From Octopus sinensis (Eukaryota), in NCBI RefSeq assembly GCF_006345805.1, contig NC_042998.1, positions 78,740,001 through 78,804,000 on the forward strand: DNA of 64,000 nucleotides, in the 5' to 3' direction. Below the pieces are notes generated by a model. It did not search any database and was not told where the DNA came from. It saw only the letters and a program-made list of their open reading frames with translations. Of the stretch, positions 1-11,720 are shown piece by piece. Each line of letters begins with the position of its first letter. Position 1 is the stretch's first letter. Position numbers and translations under genes: made by a program.

Positions 1-203
1 AAGCACCTAAAGCCCCACCAAGCTCCGGTAGGGGGTGGTGGTGATCCCTGCTGTACTCTTCCTCCACAACTTTCTCTCACTCTTTCTTCTGTTGGCCTGC
101 TCGCTTAGCCAGTGGGGTAGTGTTATTTGAAGGCTAAAACAATGCAAAGCGCATTGTGACCAGCAATATGTAGCAACATCTGATTGCCTGGTCGGCCATG
201 GTG

Positions 204-206
<3 letters not shown>
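1..206 (-). mobile_element. 3' part of tRNA-derived SINE (family also at 6605-6847 and 40450-40763)
   Basis: Shares ctgtactctt..cacaactttctctcactctttcttctgttggcctgctcgcttagccag..gcattgtgaccagcaat with the opposite-orientation copy at 40450-40763; ends at a (TA)n tract; strand label tentative. Confidence 0.7.
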
Positions 207-245
<39 letters not shown>

Positions 246-315
246 CTTATGTATTAACTGTTTCAAAAAATAAGTTGACAGTGACTTTCAAGTTTCAACT
301 TGTATGTTTTTATTA

Positions 316-359
316 GGCAGTCTGTGAAGCCAAACAAGCAAAACTTCAAAGTCACTATC
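316..359 (+). ncRNA. Degenerate type I hammerhead-ribozyme-like motif within a 273-363 inverted repeat
   Basis: ggcagt-CTG(-)TGA-aGC caaacaa GC-AAAA(=GAAA)-CTT ca AAG-TC-actatc; stems I-III can be drawn, core carries two lesions. Confidence 0.5.
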
Positions 360-1233
360 AACTATTTTCTTATGAAAGTTGATAAATATATATTCTACTA
401 AAAGATATTGAGCAGTCCTTTAGTTTAATGTTTAATTGTTTTTATAAGTAACTTGACATATAAACAAACCCAAATGTTCATACACACACACTCTTGCATG
501 CACGTGCACACACACTCGCATGCACGCGCATACACATGCACACACAAATGTGCTTACATAATACATTTTGTATTATGCATATGAATCTCTGTGACTAATA
601 AAAAAAAAATTATTATTATTTATATAAACATGTAATATGATTAGATCAGATGATGAATATTTGATGGGGAGGAGAAATTTTTGCAGCGCAGTGGTAACAG
701 AAATTTGTTGAAGCCTAATTGAGATAAATTGCTTAGATAAGAAGTTAGAACACAGAATCTCATGGATGAAATGGCACATTAGTATCAAGTTGTATGGCAA
801 ATTGCTGTATTTCGCACTTATTCAACCTTTGTTAATGTGGAAAAGTCGTAAAATTTCCTAATATCATGCAATATTATATGAACCTGGGAATTAACTTTAA
901 GAATGTAAATGAAAAAATATAAACCAAAAGTGAATTGTCAATAACCAGCTTGTGAAATAAATCTACAGAAATCTTATTTGAAACTGATTCTGTTGTACAG
1001 GATGGCTGAAGATTACTATTTATTAAAACTAAATAATGTTTGTCCAAATGGCAATGATAATCAGAATATTCTCAGTTTATCACCCCAATGCTATTTAAAA
1101 TTCTAAATAGGTTTCATTTAACTTAATCTACAAGTGTATTTTAGATTAGAAGTAGGAAAAATGAATAGCAAGTTTCATGAAGTAGTGACTTAAAAATAGG
1201 AATTTACAAATATTACAGATAGAGAGTAGTTTG

Positions 1234-1267
<34 letters not shown>

Positions 1268-2015
1268 TACTTTGATTATGTTTTTAAAGAGCCATGGGTT
1301 GAAAGTTACTAACAAAGGTCACTGCCAAAAACTGCTAAAGTTAGTATTGAGATAAGATAGCTGTTTACTTCGTTTCTTATATGAGAACCAAAGTTGATTT
1401 ATGTGTATGTTATTGTTTGTGTTTGTCTGTATGAAGATATTTATAACTAAGCTAATGTTAATTGAATAAGTAAAGATATGAACCTAATTAATATCACAAA
1501 TGTCAGTTGAGCACCAGATTGAATGTCTTTCAGTATTGTATTTAATCCTGTCCCTGTACATTATGACTTCAAATTCTGGTGAACTCCGTTGAGAACAAAA
1601 AAAGTAATAGTCATGTTTTAGAGTCAAGCCAATCAATAGTTCACTCTCCCTAGAAACCAATGTATCATTAAGCAAAAAAAAAAAAAAAAGAAGCATAAAA
1701 AGGGGCAGTGGATCATAGAATCAGTCGTATCAAACAAAATGCTGTGCAGAATGGAGTTGTGTTCCTTTACGTTTTGAGTTCAAATCCTGCCAAGGTTACC
1801 TATGTCTGTCATCCTTGTAAAACCTATAAAATAAGTATCTGTCTGCTACAGAGGTTAATTAAATTGATTGCATTACATCCTACAAATATTTGGCCTTGTG
1901 TCTAGGTTATAAATCAACAATGCAAATATTTCTTAAACCTAAGCTTTGATGAGAGTCACTCTGGATAGGACACCTGTTCACTATAGAAAACATTCCAAGA
2001 GGAGTTAGTTCTTAA

Positions 2016-2686
2016 CCCTTTTGTTACAGAATTCCTATTAAAATACACTGCCTTTCATCATCATCGTTTAACATCCACTTTCCATGGGTTGGACAATGGT
2101 TGGACAATTTGATTGAAGACTGGCATGCCAGATGGCTGCACCAGGCTCCAATCTGATCTGGCAGAGTTTCTACAGCTGGATGCCCTTCCTAACACCAACC
2201 ACTCTGAGAATGTAGTGGGTGCTTTTACATGTCACCAGCACGAGGGCCAGTAAGATGGTACTGGCAACGTACACATGCGTCATACAGTCTACCTTTTACT
2301 CTGAGTGAGAGGCCCTTTATCAGCAGCAGAGGTAAGAGCTCTCTGAACTTTGCCCAGGCTATTCTTATTCTAGCAGCTACACTATCAGAATATCCACCCC
2401 TGCTACTGACTTGGTCACCTAGGTAACAGAAGCTATCAACTACTTCTAGTTTTTCTCCCTGGAATGTGACAGAAGTTGTTCTCTGCACATTTTCAGTGTT
2501 TATTGCTCCTGAGCATCTGCCAGTAATAATGAAAAATTTAATAAAATAACTTAATCATCATTAAACTGGAGTTTGGAACATAAATTGATATGAAATTTTT
2601 ATGGAAGGTTTTAATTTAGTTCACTTTAAAATAGGAAGCTTGTATCATAATTTCATGGGTGGTCTTGGGTAGTTTGATATCAAGAG
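2016..2686 (-). mobile_element. piggyBac-like MITE interrupted by an RTE LINE fragment
   Basis: TTAA-CCCTTTTGTTAC left end, degenerate right end gatatcaagag-TTAA; internal similarity to 27260-27461; RTE insert at about 2056-2522. Confidence 0.7.
2056..2522 (-). mobile_element. Internally deleted RTE-clade LINE fragment (RT C-terminal part + 3' tail)
   Basis: ORF 2225..2488 GEKLEVVDSFCYLGD..RIRIAWAKFRELLPLL..KGRLYDACVR matches the RT at 49660-49985; (CAT)n tail at the left end. Confidence 0.9.
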
Positions 2687-3568
2687 TTAATCACTACATC
2701 AACTAAGTTAATAGCTACATGAACTAAGGCATGTAAAATAAAGAGCCCTGCCTAGTACCACAGTAAAGCACTGATATGCCAGTGTCAGAGCTTTTTCATG
2801 GTTGTTGGATCTGCAAGAAATAGCTGACAAATTTTTTTCAGATCATACTACATCATGCCATACCATTTTGAATTAGGGGAGCATACATAAAGTAATGTAA
2901 TCTTATATACATCTAAAATGATTATGACTAGTATCTTTGATTGTATGTGTACTTAATCATGATTGACCTGGAACTAAACAATAGAGCATTTATGGTGTAT
3001 TTGAGTGCCTTGACAATGAACCAGTATTTCAATACATTACCCATTCACTAATTTTTGATTTACCTTTAACTTATTTACTCAGCTAGTTACTTAGTTGATT
3101 GGGGATGTAATCGATTTTAAGGGGAAAAAAATAAAATACTACCAATACATATTTTATTGACTCCTAAAAGGTCAAATGGGAAAGTTACTCTTGTATACAG
3201 AGGAATAAAACAAAATCCATAAGGTATTTTCCTTGCGAGATAATATTAATAATACAGAACTCAGCAGAGAAACCTAATGGTTTTCCATGGTTATTCAGTT
3301 GATGAGGACAGGAGTTCATGCACTTGGGTATGTTGAACTGCTTGGATGATGTAATTTTTGCAGCTATAAAACAGTTGTGTGTGTGACATGCTTTTGTGAT
3401 CAAGTTGTTATCAACAGTAGTAATTCAGTTAATTGATTGCAGCCATTCCATTTGTATTTAATATTGGCCATCATTGAGAAGCACCGAGCTAGGAGTTACA
3501 GCTATGTGTAGCAAGCTTTAGATAGACTGGTTCATTGAAACCATCAGCTATTTGAACTGCTCAGATAC

Positions 3569-3862
3569 TAGTTAGTTAGTTAGTTAGTTAGTCAATTTGG
3601 CTCAAAAGCAAATAGCAAGGCCATGTAGGGGGACATGGAGTTAAGTACAGGGTGGAGTTCATGTAAAGAGTTCAGGCCACTTGAGGTCCAGGGAGGCTTT
3701 GAACAAAGCGGTCGTCAGCATCTTCACCATCTCGTCTGGCAGCTTGTTCCACGGATCCGCAACCCGGACGGAGAAAGCTCCTCTCCTTCGATTGAGATGA
3801 AATCGTCGCAGGTAGAGCTTTTCGGAATGACCCCGCAGGAGTATATTGTGATTATTAGGTAG
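3569..3862 (-). mobile_element. CR1-type LINE 3' fragment with (TAAC)n tail
   Basis: LRGHSEKL..RRGAFSVRVADPWNKLPDEMV..FKASLD is the typical CR1 ORF2 C-terminus; short 3' UTR, then (AGTT)n on the + strand at 3569-3593. Confidence 0.85.
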
Positions 3863-3864
3863 TG

Positions 3865-4300
3865 AACAGTCCTCGTACTGAATGAAATCATGGCACAACA
3901 CGAGACAGTTTGGAATGTAGTGTGTGGAATATATTGAATTTCGAATTTTAAATTTTCATCTTGTATGATTATAATTGAAGGCATATATCATTGTTATTAG
4001 GAAAGGCAGAAAATGTGCTCTTAATGTCAATAGATGACATGGTTCTTCCCATGTAGTGAAACAACATTTCTGTCAGGTTACATAAATAAGCAAAGATCCC
4101 GGTATAGATCAGACAACAATCCACAACTTCATGAGCATCTCCTTCTCCATGAACATGTATCATGGTGATGCTGTATGGACAACTTAGTTGTGTTGGTTTC
4201 ATGTTTCTTTGAAGGGGGTGGACCTGACTTCCTTAATACATAATATAATTTTAACAAGATAGAGCAATCACCTGTGCAGGAAGCATTTCCATGGACATTA
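3865..4300 (-). mobile_element. Possible highly decayed Ty3/Gypsy RT remnant
   Basis: Frameshifted peptides LHGK..SSIDIKSTF and KFEIQYIP..TFQ loosely parallel the Gypsy RT LHG..FSKIDL..AY and FEF..MPFGL..TFQ motifs in the right order. Confidence 0.3.
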
Positions 4301-4324
4301 AGAAATGTTTACCTACCTTTTTAT

Positions 4325-4712
4325 TCTTTTACTTGTTTCAGTCTTTATTATTATTTTTTTTGCTGTGGCCATGCTGGAACACCACCTTTTGTCTTTAGTT
4401 GAAGAAATCAACCCCAGGACTTATTCTTTGTTAGCCTAGTACTTATTCTGTCGCTCTCTTTTGCCAAACCGTTAAGTTACGAAGTCATAAATGCACCAAC
4501 ATCAGTTGTCAAGCAATGGTGAGGGGACAAACACAGGCACAAACACATGATGGGCTTCTTTCAGTTCTGTCTATGAAATCCACTTACAAGGCTTTGGTTG
4601 GCCTGAGGCTATAATAGAAGACACTTGCCCAAAGTACCACGCAGTGGAACTGAACCCAGAACCATATGGTTAGGAAGTAAGTTTCTTGTCACACAGCCAT
4701 ACCTGCGCCTAT
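4325..4712 (-). mobile_element. tRNA-derived octopus SINE (OR/OK class), near full length
   Basis: Reverse complement has head ggcgcaggtatggctgtgt (A box), ggttcagttcc (B box) and tail ccagcatggcc..ctgaaacaagtaaaagaat; same family as 33794-34135. Confidence 0.85.
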
Positions 4713-5246
4713 ACATGTGCAATTTAATTTGAAGTATAAGTATGTGTCACATATTTTTTATAAGTATCCTACAGTTTCTTCTTCATTTAGACAATAAAGG
4801 CTGCTGATGTTCTGTATTTGCCACCGGTGTATTTAAAAATCATCAGGTTTCCTTGCCAGACTCTGTCATAATGACTTTTCTCTTTGACTCAAGCGCATAA
4901 AACTGGAATTTGTTTCCATTTTCGTTAATGGTGGTATCCCTAAGTCATCACCCCATTCAACACCAAGACCTAGTTCATGGATGCTTGTAAACTATTGGAC
5001 CTGATTCTTCCGGTCCTTTTCTTCTTACATTTTCCTGTTGACAATGACCTTGATACTCTGGCTTGATGTCAGTCACAACACTCCCACTAATCTAGAAAAG
5101 GTCATGTATACTGCCCCTCCTCTACTGACTGATTTATTATACAGCAGTATATTGTTATTTTATTCACTTCAGCAAGATTCTTATAGAAAGACTGATAGAT
5201 TATAAGACCATTATAAATGCATAATATTTGTTATATCCTGAGTTAA

Positions 5247-5467
5247 CCCTTTTAATACCAACTCAGCAGAGACTTCTCTGGCTGTGTAGCACAAATGTCT
5301 TGTTTTCATAAATTTTGAATTAAAATCTTCCACCAAACCTTAGTCATAATTTATGTTCCTAACATTAGCTTAATGATAACTAAGTTATTTTACTAAATTC
5401 TTTGTTATATTTAAAATTAAGTGAAAGAAACACACAGCATCTCAAAATAAATATGGTAATGAAAGGG
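5247..5467 (+). mobile_element. piggyBac-like MITE
   Basis: TTAA at 5243-5246 and 5468-5471, CCCTTT...AAAGGG termini, highly similar to 32117-32336. Confidence 0.9.
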
Positions 5468-6604
5468 TTAAAATCGTTAGAGCTGACTTTGCTTTTCACC
5501 TTTTGGAAGCTGATAAAATATGTACCAGCAAAATAGTAGGGTAGATTTGAATTGAGTATATTCTTCCTCATAATTTGTGACCTGTAATCATTACTGAAAT
5601 TAGATACATTTCACTTATTTAGGCTGATACTATTTCTACCAATTCTCAGCCCAACTCAGTGAATTGTAGAATTACATTCTTTTTGCAAGAAGGCAAACAG
5701 TTCTATGACACTTCTGCTTAGTTTAAAATTCTGTTCATCGTCATCATTTGTCCCCATTGCTGACACATCATCTTCTTTATGAATTTAATATCTTCAGTAT
5801 TCTTTTGTTTGTGTATGTGTGTGTGTGTGTGTGTGTGAAACAGTCCTAATGTTGTTAACCACAAGAAAATCAAATATTCTCTAAAATTAGTTGGAATTCT
5901 TTTATTAGAGACACATATTTTTCCCTTAGAAATCCAGCTTCCAAAGAAGATAACTAATAGTTATTAAAAAAGAAAATCTGATAAATTTTTTTTTTAGAAT
6001 TTTATTTGATACAAAATTAATTATGCCAATTTCCAAATTTATTACATTTTTCTTTTTAATAAATTAATTGCTTTTCATTTTTTTTTTCTATAAATTTGAT
6101 TTCTAATGCTTTCAGACTTGCAAATGACTGTATGAGTACCTTGAAGTGTATTCCATTTAGTCTCTTTGTTATGAGATCAAATTATATTGGGCAAGAAAGG
6201 ACAGTTATTTTGTCTTTCATCTCTAGATGACAAAATGGGCATTAAGCATGTGCTGATAATCATTTTGACTACTGTACTGGTCTCTTAAAATTTGTTCTGG
6301 TGCCATTATGAAAAATGCGTGTGTGCGCGCGTGTGTATGTGTGTGTGTGTACATATGAGCACTGCATACATTGCACATGTAAATTTCTTAGAAGTGACTT
6401 CTGTCATATTATTTGAAATTTTGCATTGAAGAAAGTTATCAGGTCACTTGTCAACAACTAAAGTTTTTCTTTTTTTTACATTCTGCACTCATCAATGATG
6501 TATATTTATTATTTACTATCCTGGAAACTCCTTCCTTTGTAAAACTACTTACTAGCATAAAACTATATATATATATATATATATATATGTTTGTTCATTC
6601 TCAA

Positions 6605-6847
6605 GCTATGCCTGGTTCATAGGGCCGGTTTCCTGGTTTCCTTGGCGTATAGGTTCCCCACCTGGATGGGACGCTGGTCCGTCGCAGGTGAGCTGCAAGA
6701 TGCAGGAGGAAAGAGTGAGAGAAAGTTGTGGTGAAAGAGTCAGCAGAAGTTCGCCTTTACCTTTTGCTGGAGCCACGTGGAGCTTAGGTGTTTCACTCAT
6801 AAACACACACATCGCCCTCTGCTCTAACCACTAGGCCATGTGCCTCC
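6605..6847 (-). mobile_element. tRNA-derived SINE, internally deleted
   Basis: Minus-strand head gaggcacatggcctagtggttagag (A box); body similar to 40570-40690. Confidence 0.7.
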
Positions 6848-7522
6848 ACACACACACACAATGGACTCTCCTGTCGTTAGATGACATGAGGGTTTGACAA
6901 TTTCTTATCAAACAACCACACAGATGGTTTGTGTAAAATTTTGTGTAGACATAAGCTCACTCCCTCAATCAGATCGACATTACCTGTACAGGTGCAATGC
7001 GTGCCACATGTTAGGTGTCAAAAGGATCTCAGAGCAATATGAAACTAAGTGCTTTGCTCAAGAACACAACACTACACCCAGTCTGGGAATCAGACCCACA
7101 ATCTCGCAGTCATGAGTACATTACCTTAACCACTAAGCCATGTGCCTGACAAACTGTAAAATCTGAATAACAGTCTGTAAAGATTGGTTTTGGCTTTAAT
7201 AAAAAGATATTATTCTACCTTCATTATCTGAGTACTATTTTCTTCCACGTTGTCTTGCATGTATGTGCTTAAGGATAAACACAAGTTTATATTAAACTTC
7301 CTATGTATGTTCCCCCACTATAGTTGTTTAACGCCCTGCAATAAAATTTCCAAATGCACAATGATGCTTGGTTACAACAAATCCTCTAGGAACACTTTAT
7401 TGTATCTATATGCATTTGGAGCTTCTATTGCAGGGCTCCAAATAACCATAGTGGTGAACCGTGCAGAGGAACATTATTATAAATTTGTGTTTATTCTTAT
7501 TTCTCCTATGTTTGCTCTGTAG

Positions 7523-7532
7523 ATCTTATCTG
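7523..7532 (+). CDS. Candidate 10-nt microexon (ATCTTATCTG) of unidentified host gene
   Basis: Pyrimidine tract ttattcttatttctcctatgtttgctctgtAG with UGC about 10 nt upstream; strong donor CTG|GTAAGA; 10+44 nt with the next exon = 54 nt, open in two frames. Confidence 0.6.
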
Positions 7533-7706
7533 GTAAGACTAAGTATTGTAATTAATTAACAAGTATACAAAAAGCAGACTGGATTATCAAAATCTACATG
7601 GAACTCTGAACATTATGTTCAGTATCAGTTGTATATCTACTTGCATACATAATTTCTACTCTCTCTCTCTTCTTTACACTTCTCAACGAAATCATAACGA
7701 TGTAAT

Positions 7707-7740
7707 AAATTTGAAAAGCTGAATGCGAAACCGGTCATTT
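7707..7740 (+). ncRNA. Minimal type I hammerhead-ribozyme-like motif (Penelope-type), core mutated
   Basis: aaat-TTGAAAA(=CTGANGA)-GC tgaat GC-GAAA-CCGG-TC-attt; palindromic stem III ACCGGT, stem I aaat/attt, GUC triplet. Confidence 0.6.
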
Positions 7741-8179
7741 CTTCAAAAACTGTGTCATTGTATGAAAAAAATTTCTAACATTCTTCTGACATAATGACTC
7801 AAATATATATTTTTTAACCTTTTAAAACAAGCCTTCTGTAGTTTTTTCACTTTTTACTATTTTCTATATATTCAACCACGTGCTTTCACACACCAACTTT
7901 CTCACCTATATATATATATATATATCTTTTATCGGCTTCAGCTTAGGGCTGAGGTAACATATATAAGCAAAAATGCTAGTTCTTAAAATCTGTCTAAGAG
8001 ATCAACACTGTAGTTGTACTAACAAGTAATGTTCATAGCCACTTCAGCATGGCTGTCCATTTAAACGGACTTTACTGCAATTTTTTAACCCCAAGAGAAC
8101 ATCTCCTCTAGCTGTTTAATGATGCACAACTACATCCAAGATATTGCGAGCAGGGGAGTGAACCCCTACCACCTTCTTG

Positions 8180-8237
8180 CAACAGGACCAGCATACCATC
8201 CTGGTTTCAGGCTATTTCTGCTTCTCTTCAGAACTGG
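8180..8237 (-). ncRNA. Hammerhead-ribozyme-like motif with intact core boxes
   Basis: Minus strand CTGAAGA-gaagc agaaata gcct-GAAA-CCAG gatggtatg CTGG-TC; stem III perfect, stems I and II imperfect. Confidence 0.5.
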
Positions 8238-8373
8238 ACACCTTGTCTACTAGAGATGGCAGCTTGCAATGTATATATAATTTCAAGTGATATACAGTCA
8301 AATGATACAAGCTTCTGTCTTCAGGGAAGAAATCCTACATTTGAGGTTGTTGACAGAAAGGAGATTAAAGATG

Positions 8374-8407
<34 letters not shown>

Positions 8408-8680
8408 TGACCATTTGCCCAAATGTTTTAAGACAGTTGTTCTTGATTCTTTATACCCTGAGTTAGTTGTTCTTGATTCTTTATACCCTGAGTTCACCTC
8501 CTATCAAGTTTTGCAGTTCATCTTTTCAGAGTCGATAAAATAAAGTACTGTGTTTGATTTAATTAACAAGCACATCCCCACAAATATCTTGCCTTGTGCC
8601 CATATTAGAAACGATTATTGTTAAATATTTTTTCGTTTATTGTAATTATAATAATTTTTTTCTTTTGTTTTGTTTTTCAG

Positions 8681-8724
8681 CGCTGGATGAACTACATTAC
8701 ATTGAGCATAGAAGCAACAAATCG
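8681..8724 (+). CDS. 44-nt internal exon of unidentified host gene ((A)LDELHYIEHRSNKS or RWMNYITLSIEATN(R))
   Basis: Long T-rich tract ending ttttcAG at 8680, donor TCG|GTAAGG at 8725; exon more GC-rich than flanks; two of three frames open. Confidence 0.8.
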
Positions 8725-9624
8725 GTAAGGTGCTATTTTTTTCTCTTTGTCTCCTCTTTTCTTTTTAACTATTTAGTTGTTTTTCTTTTATTTATTTACT
8801 TTTGCATATTTTCTTTGTTACTTTATTTTGTAACCATTTGAATAATCATCATCATCATCATCGTTTAACATCCATTGTCCATGTTGGCATGGGTTGGATG
8901 GTTTGGCCAGGGCTGGTAAGCTGGAAGGCTGCACCAGACACCAGTCTGATTTGGCATGGTTTTCTATGGCTGGATGCCCTTCCTGAGAGTGTAATGAGTG
9001 CTTTTACATGCCACTGGCATGACACCAGTATCTGCCATAACGGTGATTTTCTCTCTTTAATGGGATTTCTTCTCAAGCATGACATAATGCCAATCTTAAA
9101 AACAAATATGTAAACAAGAGAAATCACCTGCTCAAGGGCCATACCAAATACAGTATGATACAAAATTACCTGTATGATGATGATATGGTAGGGTTGAAAA
9201 CAGTTGTAGGGATGCTGGTGATGCTTTTCCCCTTCCTCTCTCTACTTATTTAAAATATAAATATATGAAATTAAAGACTGTTGCTGTTCTAACTACACAA
9301 CACCTGTTCAAGAAATCTAAATGTTCTTGAAACATTCCATCATGTTCACTGATGTATACATGTTTGTGCGTCTATGGGTGGGAGATGGTAATTTTTTTTT
9401 TCTTTTTTGTGGTGCGGGTTGGCATTGGTAGTGGTAGTAGTATTTAATGGGGTGGGGAGGGTAACAAGGATGATGATACTGTTGTTGTTAGTGGCAACTG
9501 ATGTGTTGCTGTTTTTGATTTTAATGATGTTAATGGGGATGGTAATGATGATGATGATAATGATGAGGTTTTCATTTCATCATCACCAGTGGCAGTGTTG
9601 GGGATGGGTGAGTTTCTTGTGAGT

Positions 9625-11130
9625 TGCTGTTGTTGTTTGGGCTTGGGTCAGTCTTGACTGAGAAAACCTATCATCAAAGACAGACCTACCATATTTTTTA
9701 AGAGTGTATATGATACATTATACAATCTGTTCTTTCCTTCCTCAAGATGGTATGGTATTATCTGAGCTAAATTTTGTTGCTATTTCCAACAGGTCTAGTG
9801 ACCGTGTATAGGCTTCTTTGTTAATGTTATTCATATCTTGGTATTAATGTTGGTAAAGAAATTGGTAATTGTATTACTTTTGGTAGAAGTGTTTCGTTGC
9901 TATAGTAATAATATTTCTTGTTATTGGTAATAGTTGTAGTGGCAGTGTCATGGTTCTTATGTGTTAATTTTATTGTTAATCATGGTACTGTCAATGAGGT
10001 TGAAAGAGATACAAACAGTGGTAGTTAGTATATGATGGCAGTAGTGTTGGTGGTGTTAGATGGTGGTAGATGATGGTGGTAGTATTGTTGTTTAACCCTT
10101 GGTTAGTCTTGATTAAGCATACCTGTGATCAAAGGTATTCTTGCCTTGACCATCCCATCTTTTAGTTTATCTAAGACTATACATTGTCAGATGTTTCCTT
10201 CATATATTAAGGCTGATGGATGTGATTTGAGAGAGATTTTGCTGCCATTTCTACCAAGTCAATTGGCTACATAGAAGCTCCCTCATTATGTTAATAGTAT
10301 TGCTTTAGAATGTATGGTGATGCTGGCTATGGTGTTACTGGTGGTAATGGTGATGATGGTATTGCATTTCTATTTTGTTCCATGTCATCCCTACTCGAAC
10401 AGACCTGTGAAGAACTCTAGTTATGGCTAATACCATCTTTAAAAGGATACAAAGGACTAATTTCATTATCTAGTATATCCATGCTTATGATGATAATGGT
10501 AATGTATAGCTCTGGTAGTTGTTACTGTTTTTAACATTTCTTCTTCTACATCAAAGACTAGTTTGTCCAATGTATCCTCTTTTGAAGTCAGCTGTGTTTT
10601 TGAGGGAAATTTGGTTGCCATTTCTATCCGTTTTTTCAACCAGGTAGAAACTTCTTTATTGTTGTTGTTTGATACTTTAGCATTCAAACTGGCCAAAGCT
10701 TCCGATTATTTCACCTGTTTTATGTTCAGACTGACCAGATTAGGCTTCTCACACCTCTACTACAATGTTATTCTAAAAATAAAACAATCACCCTTTCAAA
10801 ATTTTGGAGCTACAAGATAATGTATGATTAATTCAAAACAATGTGAATGAATAAATATTACATTTGACAGAGTAATCTGAATGCTAAAGGTTTAAACCCA
10901 GTTGACACTTCCTTAGGAGACTTGCGATCAAAGGCTTTCCAGTGAAGACCATCCCATCTTTTATTCAGTCCCTATGTAGAGGAACATTATCTATGCATCT
11001 TTTTTTTTTAAGATATAGAAGGTAATGAGGAAATTTTGTCTGCTATTTTATACTTTTTTTTTAAAGATAGTGCAGTGTAGTTTAAAGGAAATTTGGCTGC
11101 TATTTCTAGGTATTTGAGTGACTACTGGCT
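9625..11130 (-). mobile_element. Cluster of 4-5 co-oriented decayed SINE copies separated by GGT/GAT/AGT-rich simple sequence
   Basis: Recurrent gacctRtgatcaaagg..ttcc..gaccatcccatcttt..gatttggctgctatttcta; further copies near 2780, 12230, 28630, 46510, 58940 and 60040. Confidence 0.7.
10675..10895. mobile_element. Second piggyBac-like MITE family
   Basis: TIR ctttagcattca...tgaatgctaaagg followed by ttaa; left TTAA not preserved. Confidence 0.6.
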
Positions 11131-11371
11131 TATATGACCAGTGTTAGTCTTAGTGGTGTTGATGTTTCTATTTTTAGGTGATGATGGAATAGTAGTTGTG
11201 ATAGAAATGTTGGTGGTGACAGTGGGTTGGGAAGAATGGGAATCAGTTGAATGAGCTTGATCCCATAAAAAATAGTGGATAATCTGCATGTAGAATCTAA
11301 TAATGTTGTTTTTTTTCCTTGTCCTTTGTATTCTCCATTACTTTTGCTGTTTAGCTGTGGCTTTTGTTTTT

Positions 11372-11385
11372 GTTGCTATGGAAAC
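11372..11385. promoter_or_regulatory. RFX X-box-like motif
   Basis: GTTGCTATGGAAAC fits the X-box consensus, in non-repeat sequence; motif match only. Confidence 0.3.
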
Positions 11386-11665
11386 GATGGAGTAGAGGAG
11401 TAAAATACAACATAAACAAGAACTAACATCAAAAGAAAAAAAAAGTAATAATGAATGAGAATAATTTTTGATTCTTCAAATGTTTGAGATTTCTGACTGA
11501 TTTGTGTATGTGCTTGAGGTGACACGCGTACATGTTGTGTACAAGTAAACATTTTTGATAAGTGTATATTAATTTGTTCACATGTATATTTATGTCCATA
11601 CTTGTATGTATATATATTTGTATCTTCCTATGTGTGTATGTATACTCTGAGCATATAGGTGTGTT

Positions 11666-11720
<55 letters not shown>

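Noticed and set aside
8681-8724. Assigning a gene symbol to the host gene
   Set aside because: Peptides are too short and the frame is ambiguous; resemblance to PH-domain helices is not diagnostic
9407-9622. Hydrophobic ORF with strong donor TGG|GTGAGT
   Set aside because: Derived from GGT/GAT low-complexity sequence, with no credible acceptor or promoter
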